Shown here: one piece after another, positions 19,605-34,430 of the stretch
Layout of the letters: each line of letters begins with the position of its first letter
How positions within the stretch are numbered: position 1 is the stretch's first letter
From: Eukaryota sp. TZLM1-RC
Lineage: Eukaryota > Protista > Metamonada: BaSk clade
Direction of reading: 5' to 3'
NCBI GenBank assembly: GCA_040285825.1
Contig: JAUPSS010000007.1
Coordinates: 1,896,689 to 1,960,688 of the forward strand
DNA: 64,000 nt
Notes under the pieces: model-generated
Databases searched by the model: none
What the model was told of the DNA's origin: nothing
Seen by the model: the letters and a program-made list of their open reading frames with translations, nothing else
Translations under genes and position numbers: made by a program

Positions 19605-21957
19605 ACTGTGAATTTCTATGAAAACGCACTTCTGGCTTTTGACCAATTCATGCAATCTTGATAGACGTTGAGCTTACTTTAGTTCTATCACTATATGATA
19701 TCACGATCAAATGATAGTTAAAGCAGCAACACCAGAATACGCGTACAGGTACGCAATACATGGAAAAACACTAATCTACGGGGTCTCCGGAACGCCTCAG
19801 GTCTTTCATTGTATTAGTGCTCACTTATGGCAATCTCAAGCTGGTTTCTGGAGGCTGAGATGTCCCTCGACTGGAGTGTCTGACATTGAGGGCATACAAA
19901 CTTATCATTGTTCACCCTCCCATCATCGTGATACAACTTTTGATTGAATACCTTACAGCAATTCGTTTTGGCAGATGTGTAGAATTCATCTCCATTAGGC
20001 TTCACATATGTAAAATGTTTCTGAATCTCCTTCAAAAAATGCTTCCTTGGGGTTTTCACAGATTGTCTTGATGGCCCATCACCACCACTACCAAACCAAA
20101 TTATGGTTTTTCTTCCATTAGCCATTAGTTTAATTTTTTCAATAAATCCCATTATTCTTTTTTGTCTTCCTATAAAGAAATCAAACTTGTTGCGGCGCAG
20201 GGCTCGGCGATCTCCATTTATCAGCAGTTAGTCTAGTATAGTTCTCAGAGGGAAGTCGGGATTGCTGATTTCTTCCTGTGTCGGTACCCACATCAAAGGC
20301 ATTGCTATTTCATTAAGACATTTGTGTAAATTCTTAGCAAAATAGCAATTTGGTGATGCATGGGTCAGGACCGGTGGGTGAATGATCTTCCTTGCCTTTG
20401 GATTCAGAACAAGGCCCGAAAGTTGATGATCAACATTGTTATTGTCTATTCTTGATCCAAATGAATAACCACACAAATTTTTGTGATTGTGATTTCAATT
20501 GCACAGAATGAATATTCGATTGGATCAACTGGCGGAGGCTCGTAGGCGTCATCAGTTCTTCGACGTTGCCTAGGACGAACCTGTTGTTGAAGTCTAGAGT
20601 TTCGCTTCCGACTCTTTGGAGGTATATCGTGTTCCCCACTGGCTATGGTGGTTGCCAATTCTCTGGCTGTCCGGCGATTCTTATTTTTTTTTGGGGCAAA
20701 AGAAAAAGTGAAGCCGACTGAAACAGCATCTGAACTGATTGTGTAAGTAAAATACTTCTTTTTTCTGAAAAAGGCAAACGGATCTTTCAGCAGAAAGTGG
20801 TTGGCATAAAAAGAAAGAAAATGCTTTTCCAGTTTTTGACTAAAAGAGATAAAGCCAGGAGAATAACTGGGGGATGGGGACACGGCATTTCTTCGCATTG
20901 TGTCAGATGCAATATTTTCCAGAAAGGATAAAATATTTAGCCTAGCAGTGAATAAGAAGGTGATGTTGTCTGGACTGAGATCAACATTGTCCAGCATCAA
21001 CATAGCGTCAAAACGATGAGGGTCGGCAACCTGCTGAATAAATAGGTCCATTATGTACTCATGGTGACCTTCATCATACCATGTGCGCAAAGAGTCAGGA
21101 ATAGTGGCTGCAGACGTGTTCACCACTAATGAAGCATATTTCTTTGGGCAAGGGCACTCAAAGAAGGTAGTCATTGTCCGGAAGAAGTTCAGCTTCCAGG
21201 AGACAGGGCCATCAGTAAGTATTTGACAAAAGCTGTTCGCCATTTGCAGTGCGCGAAAGCTTCTAATGTCAGAGTGGCACCAGTTGTCGGTTCCCTTCTG
21301 AAAGCCAATAGGAGGAAACGGTCAGCCAGGTCGGAAAGAAACATCATAGAGTGCGCGGTACACTTCCATATGATTCTCGAATGTGCGTCTCACAGTCGGA
21401 TGAGGTACCATTACAAAGTCTTGACATTGATACCAAAACTGTTGTTGATATAACCAGAAAGCCATTTCCGGATATTGCAGGACGAACAGCTGTGCTAACC
21501 GGGTAGTAAGCACAGTGACAGTTCGAATATAGCGAAACTGTCTTTCCATTGAAACAAGAGCTGCAGTAGAGAAGAACTGAGCAGCACTTGCTGGAACTGT
21601 CGTCTTGCTGTCGTTTATTGATTGCTCACGACCGTTAACCTCCCAGGAGAGTACACGCCCTCGACGTGGCAACTCTGGATTTGCCATTGGGGTGAATTGT
21701 TAGTCGAGAAAAGATCAGACAGTCAACAATAAAGATTTGATTTATTCACCACTTCTTACATTTATACAAATACAAAGCCTGAGCAAAATGATAATTAAAC
21801 ACTATATTACGTGATACTTAAGCTGCCTTAACTGAATTTTTTTCTTGAAAAGGTTACAGTTGAAGAAGTTTTTTAGGTGATAACATTAGCATATCCAATC
21901 AAGAAAACGTGTTGTTTCAATGAGTTCGTATAAAGTTTTTTTTCATAATCTGATCAA
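19605..21957 (-). mobile_element. Fanzor1-like element, family A copy 2 (ORF starts 21687)
   Basis: Same motifs and boundaries as 3555-5871; private nonsense codons at 21322, 20228 and 19814; shared RuvC-I frameshift at ~20483-20496. Confidence 0.85.
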
Positions 21958-22479
21958 CTTGACACTTCTTTAATCTTTAAATAGAAACCACTCATTGTAA
22001 CAATGACTCTTGACAGGACAACATTCACAACTTCTCTCTTACACGAACTTTATCTTCTCCGATGTAAAAACTGGGGTGAGTCTCCTTCCACTCAACGTTC
22101 TGGTTAACCTACAGTTGAAAATGATCTTATGGACAGTTAAATTTAAACACAGTTAAAGGAACATACAGTTAAAGGAATATGCCATGTCAATCAAACAAAC
22201 AATCAGTCTTTATTCTATTGAATAGAGAACAAGTGCATGAATAGTCACAACAAATGTGTGTGATTGAATTGTTTACTGTTGGTGTTAAGTTTTACATCTC
22301 AACGACCCTAGTTGACGAAATATTTTTTAGAACCACGTTTGTTGTTGAGGAGAACCATGACCCACATAATTAGGTGGCAGTAGCCACCTGATAGTTGCCT
22401 AGGGGCGAACAGAGGGTTGGGCATAGAGAAATTAATAAAAGATAATATTTCACAATTATGTGCACAATTCTGTGACACC

Positions 22480-23300
22480 AATAGAGACAATCATCTATGC
22501 TTTAAAATCGCACAAGCATGGTGGTATTGGCCTAACACGTTCACCTTTTCATCAAATGCTGCATTTTTGGTGGAATAGAGAACTTCTTGTATGAACTTGC
22601 TTTAAGGTTTCCTCATTAATGGATTTATTTAGCGAATAACTCATTTTCAGTTGCAATGACAATTCCTTTTTAGAAAATATATCCAATGACTTCTGGAAAT
22701 CGTTATTTTCTACAAAAGTTGACCTGTCATTAATTGATTAAAAATTTACCAAATTTCTTAAGAACTGTTCCTAAATTACAGAAGAAGCTTATTAATTATT
22801 TAAAAGTAGAATCACTTTACAACTAAATCAGCATGTCTCACAACTCTGGTTACTGCATTTTGTACTCCGTTTTTTGTCTGCTATGTAATATTAGTCGGTA
22901 AAAGTTAATCGCTGATTTAATGTGTCAGGTCAGTGATAGTCAATTGTTGCAAGCAATACAAAAATATCAGGTTCGTGCTGGTGAAGAAGCTAAAGCTAAT
23001 TACAATACACATTATATATATTGCTTTCACATTTTCAAATCGGAAGACTATCAGACAGACTGATTTTTTGAATGACGTCCCAAAAATGGTCCAAGAAGAT
23101 ACAATGAAGAGAACTGGTAAATTTGTCTTTGTTCACGAATTCAATATACCATCAATAGATTACCAATGTTCGTACAATGGAAATAGAGAAGCGATAGCTA
23201 TAAAACAAACAGATCAGGACAGTGTAGAGAGAAATTTGGTTCAAATAGTTTCATCTTATTGGATCTGATTTTATTTTGTTAAGTGTAGAAATTTAATAAA
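22480..23300 (+). mobile_element. Very degenerate CRE-like (F1-related) remnant
   Basis: TDFLNDVPKMVQEDTMKR and KQTDQDSVERNLVQ resemble the F1 C-terminus; boundaries approximate. Confidence 0.45.
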
Positions 23301-23308
23301 AAAATTAC

Positions 23309-25292
23309 TTGGCCATTTTTACAAATTTGTTCACGGTATGTTGCACATTTTGTGAAGCGATTCTGCTGATTTATTCTGAAGCAATTATTGCTGTAGTTGA
23401 TTCTGAGTTTCCCGAGGTTTCCAGTTTTTTCTATCTTTTTTATGGTAAAGACTCAGATTTAAAATTCATTTGCTTTAAAATTATCTTCGGTTGTGAAACA
23501 AAAAAAGGCCCTCTGTTGTTTTGTTTAGCTATTGACAAAATTTTATATATCATTAGGCGAAAATACCCTTCTCTCAAAATGGTTACATGTATGGATGATA
23601 TATCCCTGATCTTCATTTGATTTACTGAAATTGGTTGCTCCAGAAATTGCCGATTCATATGAAATTACTGTGCTTCATCTCAGTGCGAGCAAATGACTTC
23701 TGATTGGATCTTATGCTCATTTTTTTAATCCCTTTTTATTCAAACGAAATTGTTAAAAACTAAAATTCTTACGCTCAGGACCTTGGGATAAATGATTCTG
23801 TTCTCTCTTTTACTAATTATTGTAGTGATGCTTTTATGTTCCTTAATCTTGGTTAGGAAATGTGCCTCAAATTTTGACTGCACTACAAGGTATTTTGGAA
23901 ACAATCATAATTGAACTTGATTCAATTTCTTCCTTTGATTTAGAGAAGGATTAAATTTTTCATGCTTAAAATTAGCTTTACTGGCAGAATAACCCACGTT
24001 GTGAGATCTTGTGCTCCTTCCATAGCATTAGATTTTTGTCGATCCTTTAATTCATTGAGAAGAGAATTCTTTGTTGATTTATTGGCAGTAGATCAAGAAA
24101 TGTTAAAAAATCACTTACTTTCTGTAGCACATTTTGGAGGTATTGGATTAACAAAATTTACTATTTTGGCGAATCACCTTTTGTGGCTGAAGCCAACAAT
24201 TTCATTTATGAATTTTCTCGTAGATTTCCTGAATCTCATTTGTTAAATCCAAATACCAGTCCATATTTGAATGACTTATATTCAAAGCTTGACAGTTGTC
24301 ACCCCCAATCTGGATTAATTGTTTTACCCAATCAATTGAAGAAATTCCGGAGCGATCTGTTTTTAATTTACAGTTTTGCTGTAAACTACTGCAGCAAAAA
24401 TTATCGAAGTTTTTTGAACGCTTAGATTTTAATGTTATACTTGGATTGGCTAAGGAAAAAACGCTTTTGCAAATCTTTTACAAGATATGTATGATAGTAT
24501 GTCTTCCACTTTAGTAACAACCATTCCTCAAGTTGATTTAACATTCTTAACTTATTTTAGCTGGACGTTGAATATTAGACTTCGCTCATCTATCTGGCCT
24601 GATAATTTAACTTCATAATTCAATTAATAAATGTTCTCGAAAAATTACAATTACTCATTTGGTAAATTGTAAACATCTTATTACATTAAGACGCAAGCGT
24701 CATGATACTGTAAGAGATCAGTTATATTGTATGTGCAAGTCTCATAGAATTGAAGCTTTTTTGGAACCTCTGTTGTCAAATCTGTTTGATGCAGAAGATG
24801 ATTTTCATCAGAATAATAGAGGTGATGTCAAATTACCTGATTTAGATGGCAGCTTCATCTTATTGGATGTAATGTCTGTTGATCCTTGTAATGCCTCAAA
24901 TGAAAGGATAGCTAATTCTGAAATTCATATTGCCCTTTCAAATGCTGAAAATTTCCAAATAAAAAAAACAATGAACTGTTGTCCAAATTGTCTACCCAAC
25001 AGCATGCAAAATACAATTTGTATCCATTTGTATTTTCTTTATTTGCTTCACTTGCTCCAACTGCTTTACGTTTTTTGGCAAATTTTGGACTGATTGTGAA
25101 AAAAAGGACCAATAGAACTTTGAATAAATTGTTTTGGCAAAATAGAATTGTGTTTTCTACTTTTAAGGGGATGTTGAAGACAATTTCTGATGCTTTGCTT
25201 TCTCATGGATCTCACTATAAGAGAGTTACATCTAGTTATTTAGTTTTAAAAGAAATTATTCAGATGTTGATTTCCAAGATGTTTAATAAACA
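23309..25292 (+). mobile_element. Degenerate CRE-like retrotransposon, family F2 (RT + RLE)
   Basis: GPLLFCLAI, CMDD, HDTVRD...EP...RGD...LDV; 3' end matches 1-217. Confidence 0.8.
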
Positions 25293-26649
25293 ATCATAAT
25301 GGATCAAAATATTTACGGAACTTATTGGGAAACATATCCATTGATGGCATCAGAAGTATTTTCGGTGATAAAAAAGAGACCACGCAGTAAGTCTGCCGGG
25401 CTTTCTGGTCATTCTATTGATCATGTAAAAGCCGCAATTATTTCATCAGAGGATTGTCTTGTTTTATTAACCAAATTTTTTTTACAGAATATTGACTGGT
25501 CAACTCAAATATCCAGAAGAATTAAGAAATTCTCCTTTGGCTGCACTTGTCAAGAATTCAAAAATGGATGTTCGTCCTATTGCGGTCTCTGAGAGCTTAC
25601 ACAATATTTTTTCTGTGTGTTGCTTAAGCAGGTTCAATGAAAAAGCATAAAAGATTGTATTGCCCTTTCCATATGGAATTAATACCACTGATGGAGTTTC
25701 CTCAGCAATATTTGCTACAAATGTACTATTTCGCCAAAATGAATCCAATTTTTGTATGTCATTGGATTTTAGTACTGCATTCAATTCACTCAGTCGTTGC
25801 AGTATTCATGGTGCTTTGTTGAAATATATGCCGGAATTAATTCCGTATTTCCAATCAACATATAGCACAAATTCTAATTTACATTTTGGTAATTTCATTT
25901 TGAGTTCATCAAGTGGTGTAAATCAAGGAGATCCGTTAGGACCTCTTTTGTTTTGTTTGGCCATTCATCCTATTTTATTACAAATTCAAGAGGTGTTACC
26001 TTCGCTGAAAATGATTGCATATATGGATGATGTTGTTCTTATAGGTGATTTAAATATTGTGAAAAAAGCAACTGTATGTTTCCAAGAATTATTTACCAAA
26101 ATTGGCCTCCGACTTAATTTACTTAAATGTGTTTTGTTATCGAATTCTCCAGTTTCTACAATAGTTGATGTTGTTAAAATTGAAGCCAAACTATATTCAA
26201 TTGATGCTATTGGTCATTTGGGTTCATTTTTAAGAAATAATGATGAAGTTACCAAAAAATTGTTTGAAAAGTTGAACTAAAAACCCAGAAGAATTAAGAA
26301 GTTCTCGTTTGACTGCACTTGTCAAAAATTCAAAAATGGATGTTCGTCCTATTGCAGTCTCTGTGAGCTTAAACAATATTTTTTCTGCGTGTTGCTTAAG
26401 CAGGTTCAATGAAAAAGCTAAAAAGATTTTATTACCCTTTCAATATGGTATAAATACTACAGATGGAGTCTCTTCAGCGATTTTTGCTACTGATGTCTTA
26501 TTTCGTCAAAATGAATCCAATGTTTGCATGTCATTGGATTTTAGTAATGCTTTCAATTCACTAAGTCGTCGCAGTATCCATGGTACTCTATTGCAATATA
26601 TGCCGGAATTAATACCGAATTTTCAATCAACATATTGCACATATTCTTT

Positions 26650-29600
26650 TTGGACAAAAATTAATTTATTGAATTTGCACATTTGATTAAATTAAATCAT
26701 AACTAATGGGACGACTATCATTAAACCAAGATTTCCTCTACAAAATCTTGATTTGCTTGCTGTCTAGCTAAAGCTTCTCTAATTCGATTGAAAAACCGCG
26801 GTAATCTATTAATAATGGCAAATTGAATCCGTGAACGCCATAAAAAAATATCAAATCTTTTCATTGTTTTTTTCTTTCACCATTTTTTGGAAGTCATCCA
26901 AAAAGTTTCTGCTTCAACTGATAATCTTCCATTTATCGAAAATGGAAAAGCAATAAAAACCAGCTGTGTATTTCTATCGATATTTGCATCTTCAATTTCT
27001 TTATCATATTTTCTATGTTTTTCTTTTGCTTTAAAATCCAGAGCAGCCACAGGATTAAGTTTTCTTCTGTGAACCAAAGTATCGTTTGCAACATTACATG
27101 AGACAAAGTCAACAATAGCTTCAGAATTATCAATCCAATCACAGTATACATCACCTCTATCATCAGAACCAAAATTATTCAGAGAAAGTGTTTCTTTCAG
27201 CAGGGGCTCTTTGATACACGATATCCTTGCAGTTTGTGCCATATTGAAAACAGTGTCTCTAACAGCATCATGTAATGAAGAACGATAAGTTATCAATTTA
27301 GAGCAATTTAGAGCATGGCGCAAAGTGAGTTGAGGTGAATTCGAACAAATACATTTTTCTTTTGATAATAATTGGTTAATGGGGATGTTCAAATATAATC
27401 TCATTTTTGTTACAAATGCTTCATTAGTAGCACACAATCCAAATCTTCGTGGTACAATGGTTACAAAAAGTGAAGAATCTGACACCTTGTTTTCACAAAC
27501 ACCCTTTTCCAATAACAATGAGTGAAGATCTTGATTTAAAACAGCCGAGCTGCAAATATTATTATAAAGATCTTTTTCATACATTCCAGTCAATCTTTTC
27601 TGTAATGTTCGAAGAGTGTACTTCAAATTTAAAACATTTTTTTCTGGAATATTGCCATTGAATGATTGGGGAAAACATCGACCCCATTTTTCTACATCAA
27701 TTCTTGAAATTTCTTCATTTAATGCAAAACAGTGGAACTTTGCGTTGTCATCAATAAATCTTCCCAATCTGCAAATCTTTCGGAGAACTCAAAGATTGCA
27801 TTTCTGCATCCACCAACAAAAGCACACGAGGTAAGAATAGAAGCCTTCGTCCACCCTAAACCACCATATTGTGGACTAAGGTAAGCATGATCTGGAATTT
27901 GAAACATTTTACATCCCAGTAATTGAGACAGAACTTTTGCACGTAACTCATTAAACTTTTGAGCCAAAGGTCTAGTGACGAGAGGATTTGTAGATCGAAA
28001 TATATGATTAAAATTGGAACTAAAACACAGTCTTATAATGGTAAATTTGATGTGTTTTTTTATATCTAAATTCATCATTCGGTCAATTTTGTCAGAAATT
28101 GAGTTCAACTTTTCAAACAATTTTTGGTAATTTCATCATTATTTCCTAAAAACGAACCCAAATGACGAATAGCATCAATTGAATATAATTTGGCTTGAAT
28201 TTCAATATCATCAATTATTGTGGAAACTGGAGAATTCGATAACAAAACACATTTAAGTAAATTAAGTCGGAGACCAATTTTGGTAAATAATTCTTTAAAA
28301 CATACAGTTGCTTTTTTTCACAATATTTAATTCACCAATAAGCACAACATCATCCATATATGCAATCATTTTTAGTGAAGGAAACATCTCTTGAATTTGC
28401 AGTAGAATAGGATGAATGGCCAAACAAAACAAAAGAGGTCCTAACGGATCTCCTTGCTTTACGCCACTTGATGAAATCAAAATGTTGTTACCAAAATGTA
28501 AATTAGAATATGTGCAATATGTTGATTGAAAATATGGTATTAATTCTGGCATATATTGCAATAGAGCACCATGGATACTGCGACGACTTAGCGAATTGAA
28601 AGCATTACTAAAATCCAATGACATGCAAACATTGGATTCATTTTGACGAAATAAGACATCAGTAGCAAAAATCGCTGAAGAGACTCCATCTGTAGTATTT
28701 ATACCATATTGAAAGGGTAATAAAATCTTTTTAGCTTTTTCATTGAACCTGCTTAAGCAACACGCAGAAAAAAATATTATGTAAGCTCTCAGAGACTGCA
28801 ATAGGACGAACATCCATTTTTGAATTTTTGACAAGTGCAGTCAAACGAGAACTTCTTAATTCTTCTGGGTACTTGCGTTGACCAGATAATATTTGGTTGA
28901 AAAATTTGGTCAATAAACCAAGGCAATCTTCTGAAGAAATAATCGCGGCTTTTACATGATCAATAGTAATACCAGAAAGTCCGGCAGACTTACCACGAGG
29001 TCTCTTTTTGATAACCGAAAAAACTTCTGATGGCATCAATGGATAATTTTCCCAGTATGTGCCGTAAAAATTTTGATCCATAACAGGGTCTTCATAAGGA
29101 TGAAGTATTTTCAGTTTATCTACTGTATTTTCATTGTTCGGTGCTTTGACTCCGGGACTTAAAGCTGATAAAGCCTTGGACCAATTGTTGTCAAAGCATT
29201 TGTCTTCAAAAATTTTACTTAAGTTCTCGGATGACTGATTTCTCGGTGCTATATTGGTTAAATCTTCGGAAATATTAACGAAATTTTGTTCAAAAGGAGG
29301 ACAAAAAGAACCAAAAAATTCCCAAATAATATTGATAGCATACTTTCCTTTACATAATTGATCCAAAAATCTTTGAAAAACGAAAGCAAATTCATTGCAT
29401 TTGGTCGGATGAATTTCTTGAGGTATTCTTATAGGAGGATGGTAGTTATCAACTATGTGGCATTTCAAGCAGCGATCAGAAGTTTTTCCTTTTGCATTTT
29501 TTCTAAAAGAAATACCACAAGTGTTGCATGTTTTGTGCTTCAATCGATTGCTAACTGGTTTTGCAACAACTTGTGGAGCATTATTTATGGGTTCTACCTT

Positions 29601-29999
29601 AGACTCTTTCCTTCTAATTAATTTTCTTTTACATTTTGTTTCAGAATTTGCCGCATCATTTTTTCCAACATTGGGGCATGTTCGAGCATTATGTCCCTGT
29701 TGTCGACACTTTGAGCATCTGTAGGAGCGTGGCTTTGTTTTTGAACAAACTTTTTTTTCATCGTGATTGTCTAAAAATTCTTGATCAGAATTTTTTTTGT
29801 TCAAAAATGAAGAGAGAAGAGGTTGAGGAGGAGAGGTGGAAAGGACGTCTTGAGCATCTTGTTCACTATCGTTCTTTCTTTTGACTCCATTAGAATCAGA
29901 AACTGATTCAGACATCAACAAGAAAGAATAGAAGCAATGATCTCGGTTCAGCCAGGTTTTAAGTCAAACGGTTATATGTAGAGGAAGAAAAAAAATTAT
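26650..29999 (-). mobile_element. Full-length F1 element (~3.35 kb): CCHC knuckle, Zn finger, RT, RLE
   Basis: ORF pieces from 29921 to ~26720, broken mostly at homopolymers; 11-bp TSD ACATATTCTTT at 26639-26649 and 30000-30010. Confidence 0.9.
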
Positions 30000-32900
30000 A
30001 CATATTCTTTCTAATTTACAATTTGATGATAACATTTTAAGTTCATCAAGTGGTGTAAAGCAAGGAGATCCGTTAGGACCTCTTTTGTTTTGTTTGGCCA
30101 TTCATCCTATTTTACTGCAAATTCAAGAGATGTTTCCTTCACTAAAAATGATTGCATATATGGATGATGTTGTGCTTATTGGTGATTTAGATATTGTGAA
30201 AAAAGCAACTGTATGTTTTAAAGAATTATTTACCAAAATTGGTCTCCGACTTAATTTACTTAAATGTGTTTTGTTATCGAATTCTCCAGTTTCTATAATA
30301 ATTGATGATATTGAAATTCAAGCCAAATTATATTCAATTGATGCTATTCGTCATTTGGGTTCGTTTTTAGGAAATAATGATGAAATTACCAAAAAATTGT
30401 TTGAAAAGTTGAACTCAATTTCTGACAAAATTGACCGAATGATGAATTTAGATATAAAAAAACACATCAAATTTACCATTATAAGACTGTGTTTTAGTTC
30501 CAATTTTAATCATATATTTCGATCTACAAATCCTCTCGTCACTAGACCTTTGGCTCAAAAGTTTAATGAGTTACGTGCAAAAGTTCTGTCTCAATTACTG
30601 GGATGTAAAATGTTTCAAATTCCAGATCATGCTTACCTTAGTCCACATTATGGTGGTTTAGGGTGGACGAAGGCTTCTATTCTTACCTCGTGTGCTTTTG
30701 TTGGTGGATGCAGAAATGCAATCTTTGAGTTTTCCGAAAGATTTGCAGATTGGGAAGATTTATTGATGACGACGCAAAGTTCCACTGTTTTTGCATTAAA
30801 TGAAGAAATTTCAAGAATTGATGTAGAAAAAATGGGGTCGATGTTTTCCCCAATCATTCAATGGCAATATTCCAGAAAAAAATGTTTTAAATTAGAAGTA
30901 CACTCTTCGAACATTACAGAAAAGATTGACTGGAATGTATGAAAAAGATCTTTATAATAATATTTGCAGCTCGGCTGTTTTAAATCAAGATCTTCACTCA
31001 TTGTTATTGGAAAAGGGTGTTTGTGAAAACAAGGCGTCAGATTCTTCACTTTTTGTAACCATTGTACCACGAAGATTTGGATTGTGTGCCACTAATGAAG
31101 CATTTGTAACAAAAATGAGATTATATTTGAACATCCCCATTAACCAATTATTATCAAAAGAAAAATGTATTTGTTCGAATTCACCTCAACTCACTTTGCG
31201 CCATACTCTAAATTGCTCTAAATTGATAACTTATCGTTCTTCATTACATGATGCTGTTAGAGACACTGTTTTCAATATGGCACATACTGCAAGGATATCG
31301 TCTATCAAAGAGCCCCTGCTGAAGGAAACACTTTCTCTGAATAATTTTGGTTCTGATGATAGAGGTGATGTATACTGTGATTGGATTGATAATTCTGAAG
31401 CTATTGTTGACTTTGTCTCATGTAATGTTGCAAACGATACTTTGGTTCACAGAAGAAAACTTAATCCTGTGGCTGCTCTGGATTTTAAAGCAAAAGAAAA
31501 ACATAGAAAATATGATAAAGAAATTGAAGATGCAAATGTCGATAGAAATACACAGCTGGTTTTTATTGCTTTCCCATTTTCGATAAATCGAAGGTAATCA
31601 GTTGAAGCAGAAACTTTTTTGGATGACTTCCAAAAAATGGTGAAAGAAAAAACAATGAAAAGATTTGATATTTTTTTATGGCGTTCACGGATTCAATTTG
31701 CCATTATTAATAGATTACCGCGGTTTTTCAATCGAATTAGAGAAGCTTTAGCTAGATAGCAAGCAAATCAAGATTTTGTAGAGGAAATCTTGGTTTAATG
31801 ATAGTCGTCCCATTAGTTATGATTTAATTTAATCAAGTGTGCAAATTCAATAAATACTTTTATTTAAAGTTGAACTCAATTTCCGATAAAATTGACCAAA
31901 TGATGACTTTTGATATACAGAAACATATCAAATTTACCATTATAAGACTGTGTTTTAGTTCCAATTTTAATCATATTTTTCGATCTACAAATCCTCTCGT
32001 CACTAGACCTTTGGCTCAAAAGTTTAATGAGTTACGTGCAAATGTTCTGTCTCAACTACTGGGATGTAAAATGTTTCAAATTCCAGATCATGCTTACCTT
32101 AGTCCACATTATGGTGGTTTAGGGTGGACGAAGGCTTCTATTCTTACCTCGTGTGCTTTTGGTGGTGGATGCAGAAATGCAATCTTTGAGTTTTCCGAAA
32201 GATTTGCAGATTGGGAAGATTTATTGATGACGACGCAAAGTTCCACTGTTTTTGCATTAAATGAAGAAATTTCAAGAATTGATGTAGAAAAAATGGGGTC
32301 GATGTTTTCCCCAATCATTCAATGGCAATATTCCAGAAAAAAATGTTTTAAATTAGAAGTACACTCTTCGAACATTACAGAAAAGATTGACTGGAATGTA
32401 TGAAAAAGATCTTTATAATAATATTTGCAGCTCGGCTGTTTTAAATCAAGATCTTCACTCATTGTTATTGGAAAAGGGTGTTTGTGAAAACAAGGCGTCA
32501 GATTCTTCACTTTTTGTAACCATTGTACCACGAAGATTTGGATTGTGTGCCACTAATGAAGCATTTGTAACAAAAATGAGATTATATTTGAACATCCCCA
32601 TTAACCAATTATTATCAAAAGAAAAATGTATTTGTTCGAATTCACCTCAACTCACTTTTGCGCCATGCTCTAAATTGCTCTAAATTGATAACTTATCGTT
32701 CTTCATTACATGATGCTGTTAGAGACACTGTTTTCAATATGGCACAAACTGCAAGGATATCGTGTATCAAAGAGCCCCTGCTGAAGGAAACACTTTCTCT
32801 GAATAATTTTGGTTCTGATGATAGAGGTGATGTATACTGTGATTGGATTGATAATTCTGAAGCTATTGTTGACTTTGTCTCATGTAATGTTGCAAACGAT

Positions 32901-34430
32901 ACTTTGGTTCACAGAAGAAAACTTAATCCTGTGGCTGCTCTGGATTTTAAAGCAAAAGAAAAACATAGAAAATATGATAAAGAAATTGAAGATGCAAATG
33001 TCGATAGAAATACACAGCTGGTTTTTATTGCTTTCCCATTTTCGATAAATGGAAGGTTATCAGTTGAAGCAGAAACTTTTTTGGATGACTTCCAAAAAAT
33101 GGTGAAAGAAAAAACAATGAAAAGATTTGATATTTTTTTATGGCGTTCACGGATTCAATTTGCCATTATTAATAGATTACCGCGGTTTTTCAATCGAATT
33201 AGAGAAGCTTTAGCTAGATAGCAAGCAAATCAAGATTTTGTAGAGGAAATCTTGGTTTAATGATAGTCGTCCCATTAGTTATGATTTAATTTAATCAAGT
33301 GTGCAAATTCAATAAATACTTTTATTTAAAGTTGAACTCAATTTCCGATAAAATTGACCAAATGATGACTTTTGATATACAGAAACATATCAAATTTACC
33401 ATTATAAGACTGTGTTTTAGTTCCAATTTTAATCATATTTTTCGATCTACAAATCCTCTCGTCACTAGACCTTTGGCTCAAAAGTTTAATGAGTTACGTG
33501 CAAATGTTCTGTCTCAACTACTGGGATGTAAAATGTTTCAAATTCCAGATCATGCTTACCTTAGTCCACATTATGGTGGTTTAGGGTGGACGAAGGCTTC
33601 TATTCTTACCTCGTGTGCTTTTGTTGGTGGATGCAGAAATGCAATCTTTGAGTTTTCCGAAAGATTTGCTGATTTGGAAGATTCATTAATGACAACTCAA
33701 AGTTCCACTGTTTTTGCATTAAATGAAGAAATTTCAAAAATTGATGCAGAAAAATGGGTCGATGCTTTCCCCAATCATTCAATGGCAATATTCCAGATCT
33801 GAATCTTTTAAATTTAAAAAACACTCTTCGAACATTACAGAAACGATTGACTGGAATGTATGAAAATGATCTTTATAATAATATTTGCAGCTCGGCTGTT
33901 TTAAATCAAGATCTTCACTCATTGTTATTGGAAAAGGGTGTTTGTGAAAAAAAGTCATCAGACTCTTCACTTTTTGTAACCATTGTACCACGACGATTTG
34001 GATTGTGTACCACTAATGAAGCATTTGTAACAAAAATGAGATTATATTTGAATATCCCCATTAATCAATTATTATTAAAAGAAAAATGTATTTGTTCGAA
34101 TTCACCTCAACTCACTTTGCGCCGTGCTCTGAATTGCTCCAAATTGATGACTTATCGTTCTTCATTACATGATGCTGTTAGAGACACTGTTTTCAATATG
34201 GCACAAATTGCAAGAATATCATGTATCAAATGGCCTCTGCTGAAGGAAACACTTTCTCTAAATAATCTGGGTTCTGATGAAAGAGGTGATGAATACTGTG
34301 ATTGGATTGATAGTTCTGAAGCTATTGTTGACTTTGTCTCATGAAGAGGCTAATGCTGATAGAAATACACAGGTGGTTTTTATTGGTTTCCCTTTTTCGA
34401 TAAACGGAAGATTATCAGTTGAAGCAGAAA

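Noticed and set aside
26650-29999. Calling full-length F1, F3 and the Gypsy pol dead or programmed-frameshift elements
   Set aside because: Breaks are mostly 1-nt homopolymer indels typical of unpolished long-read repeats; raw reads are needed
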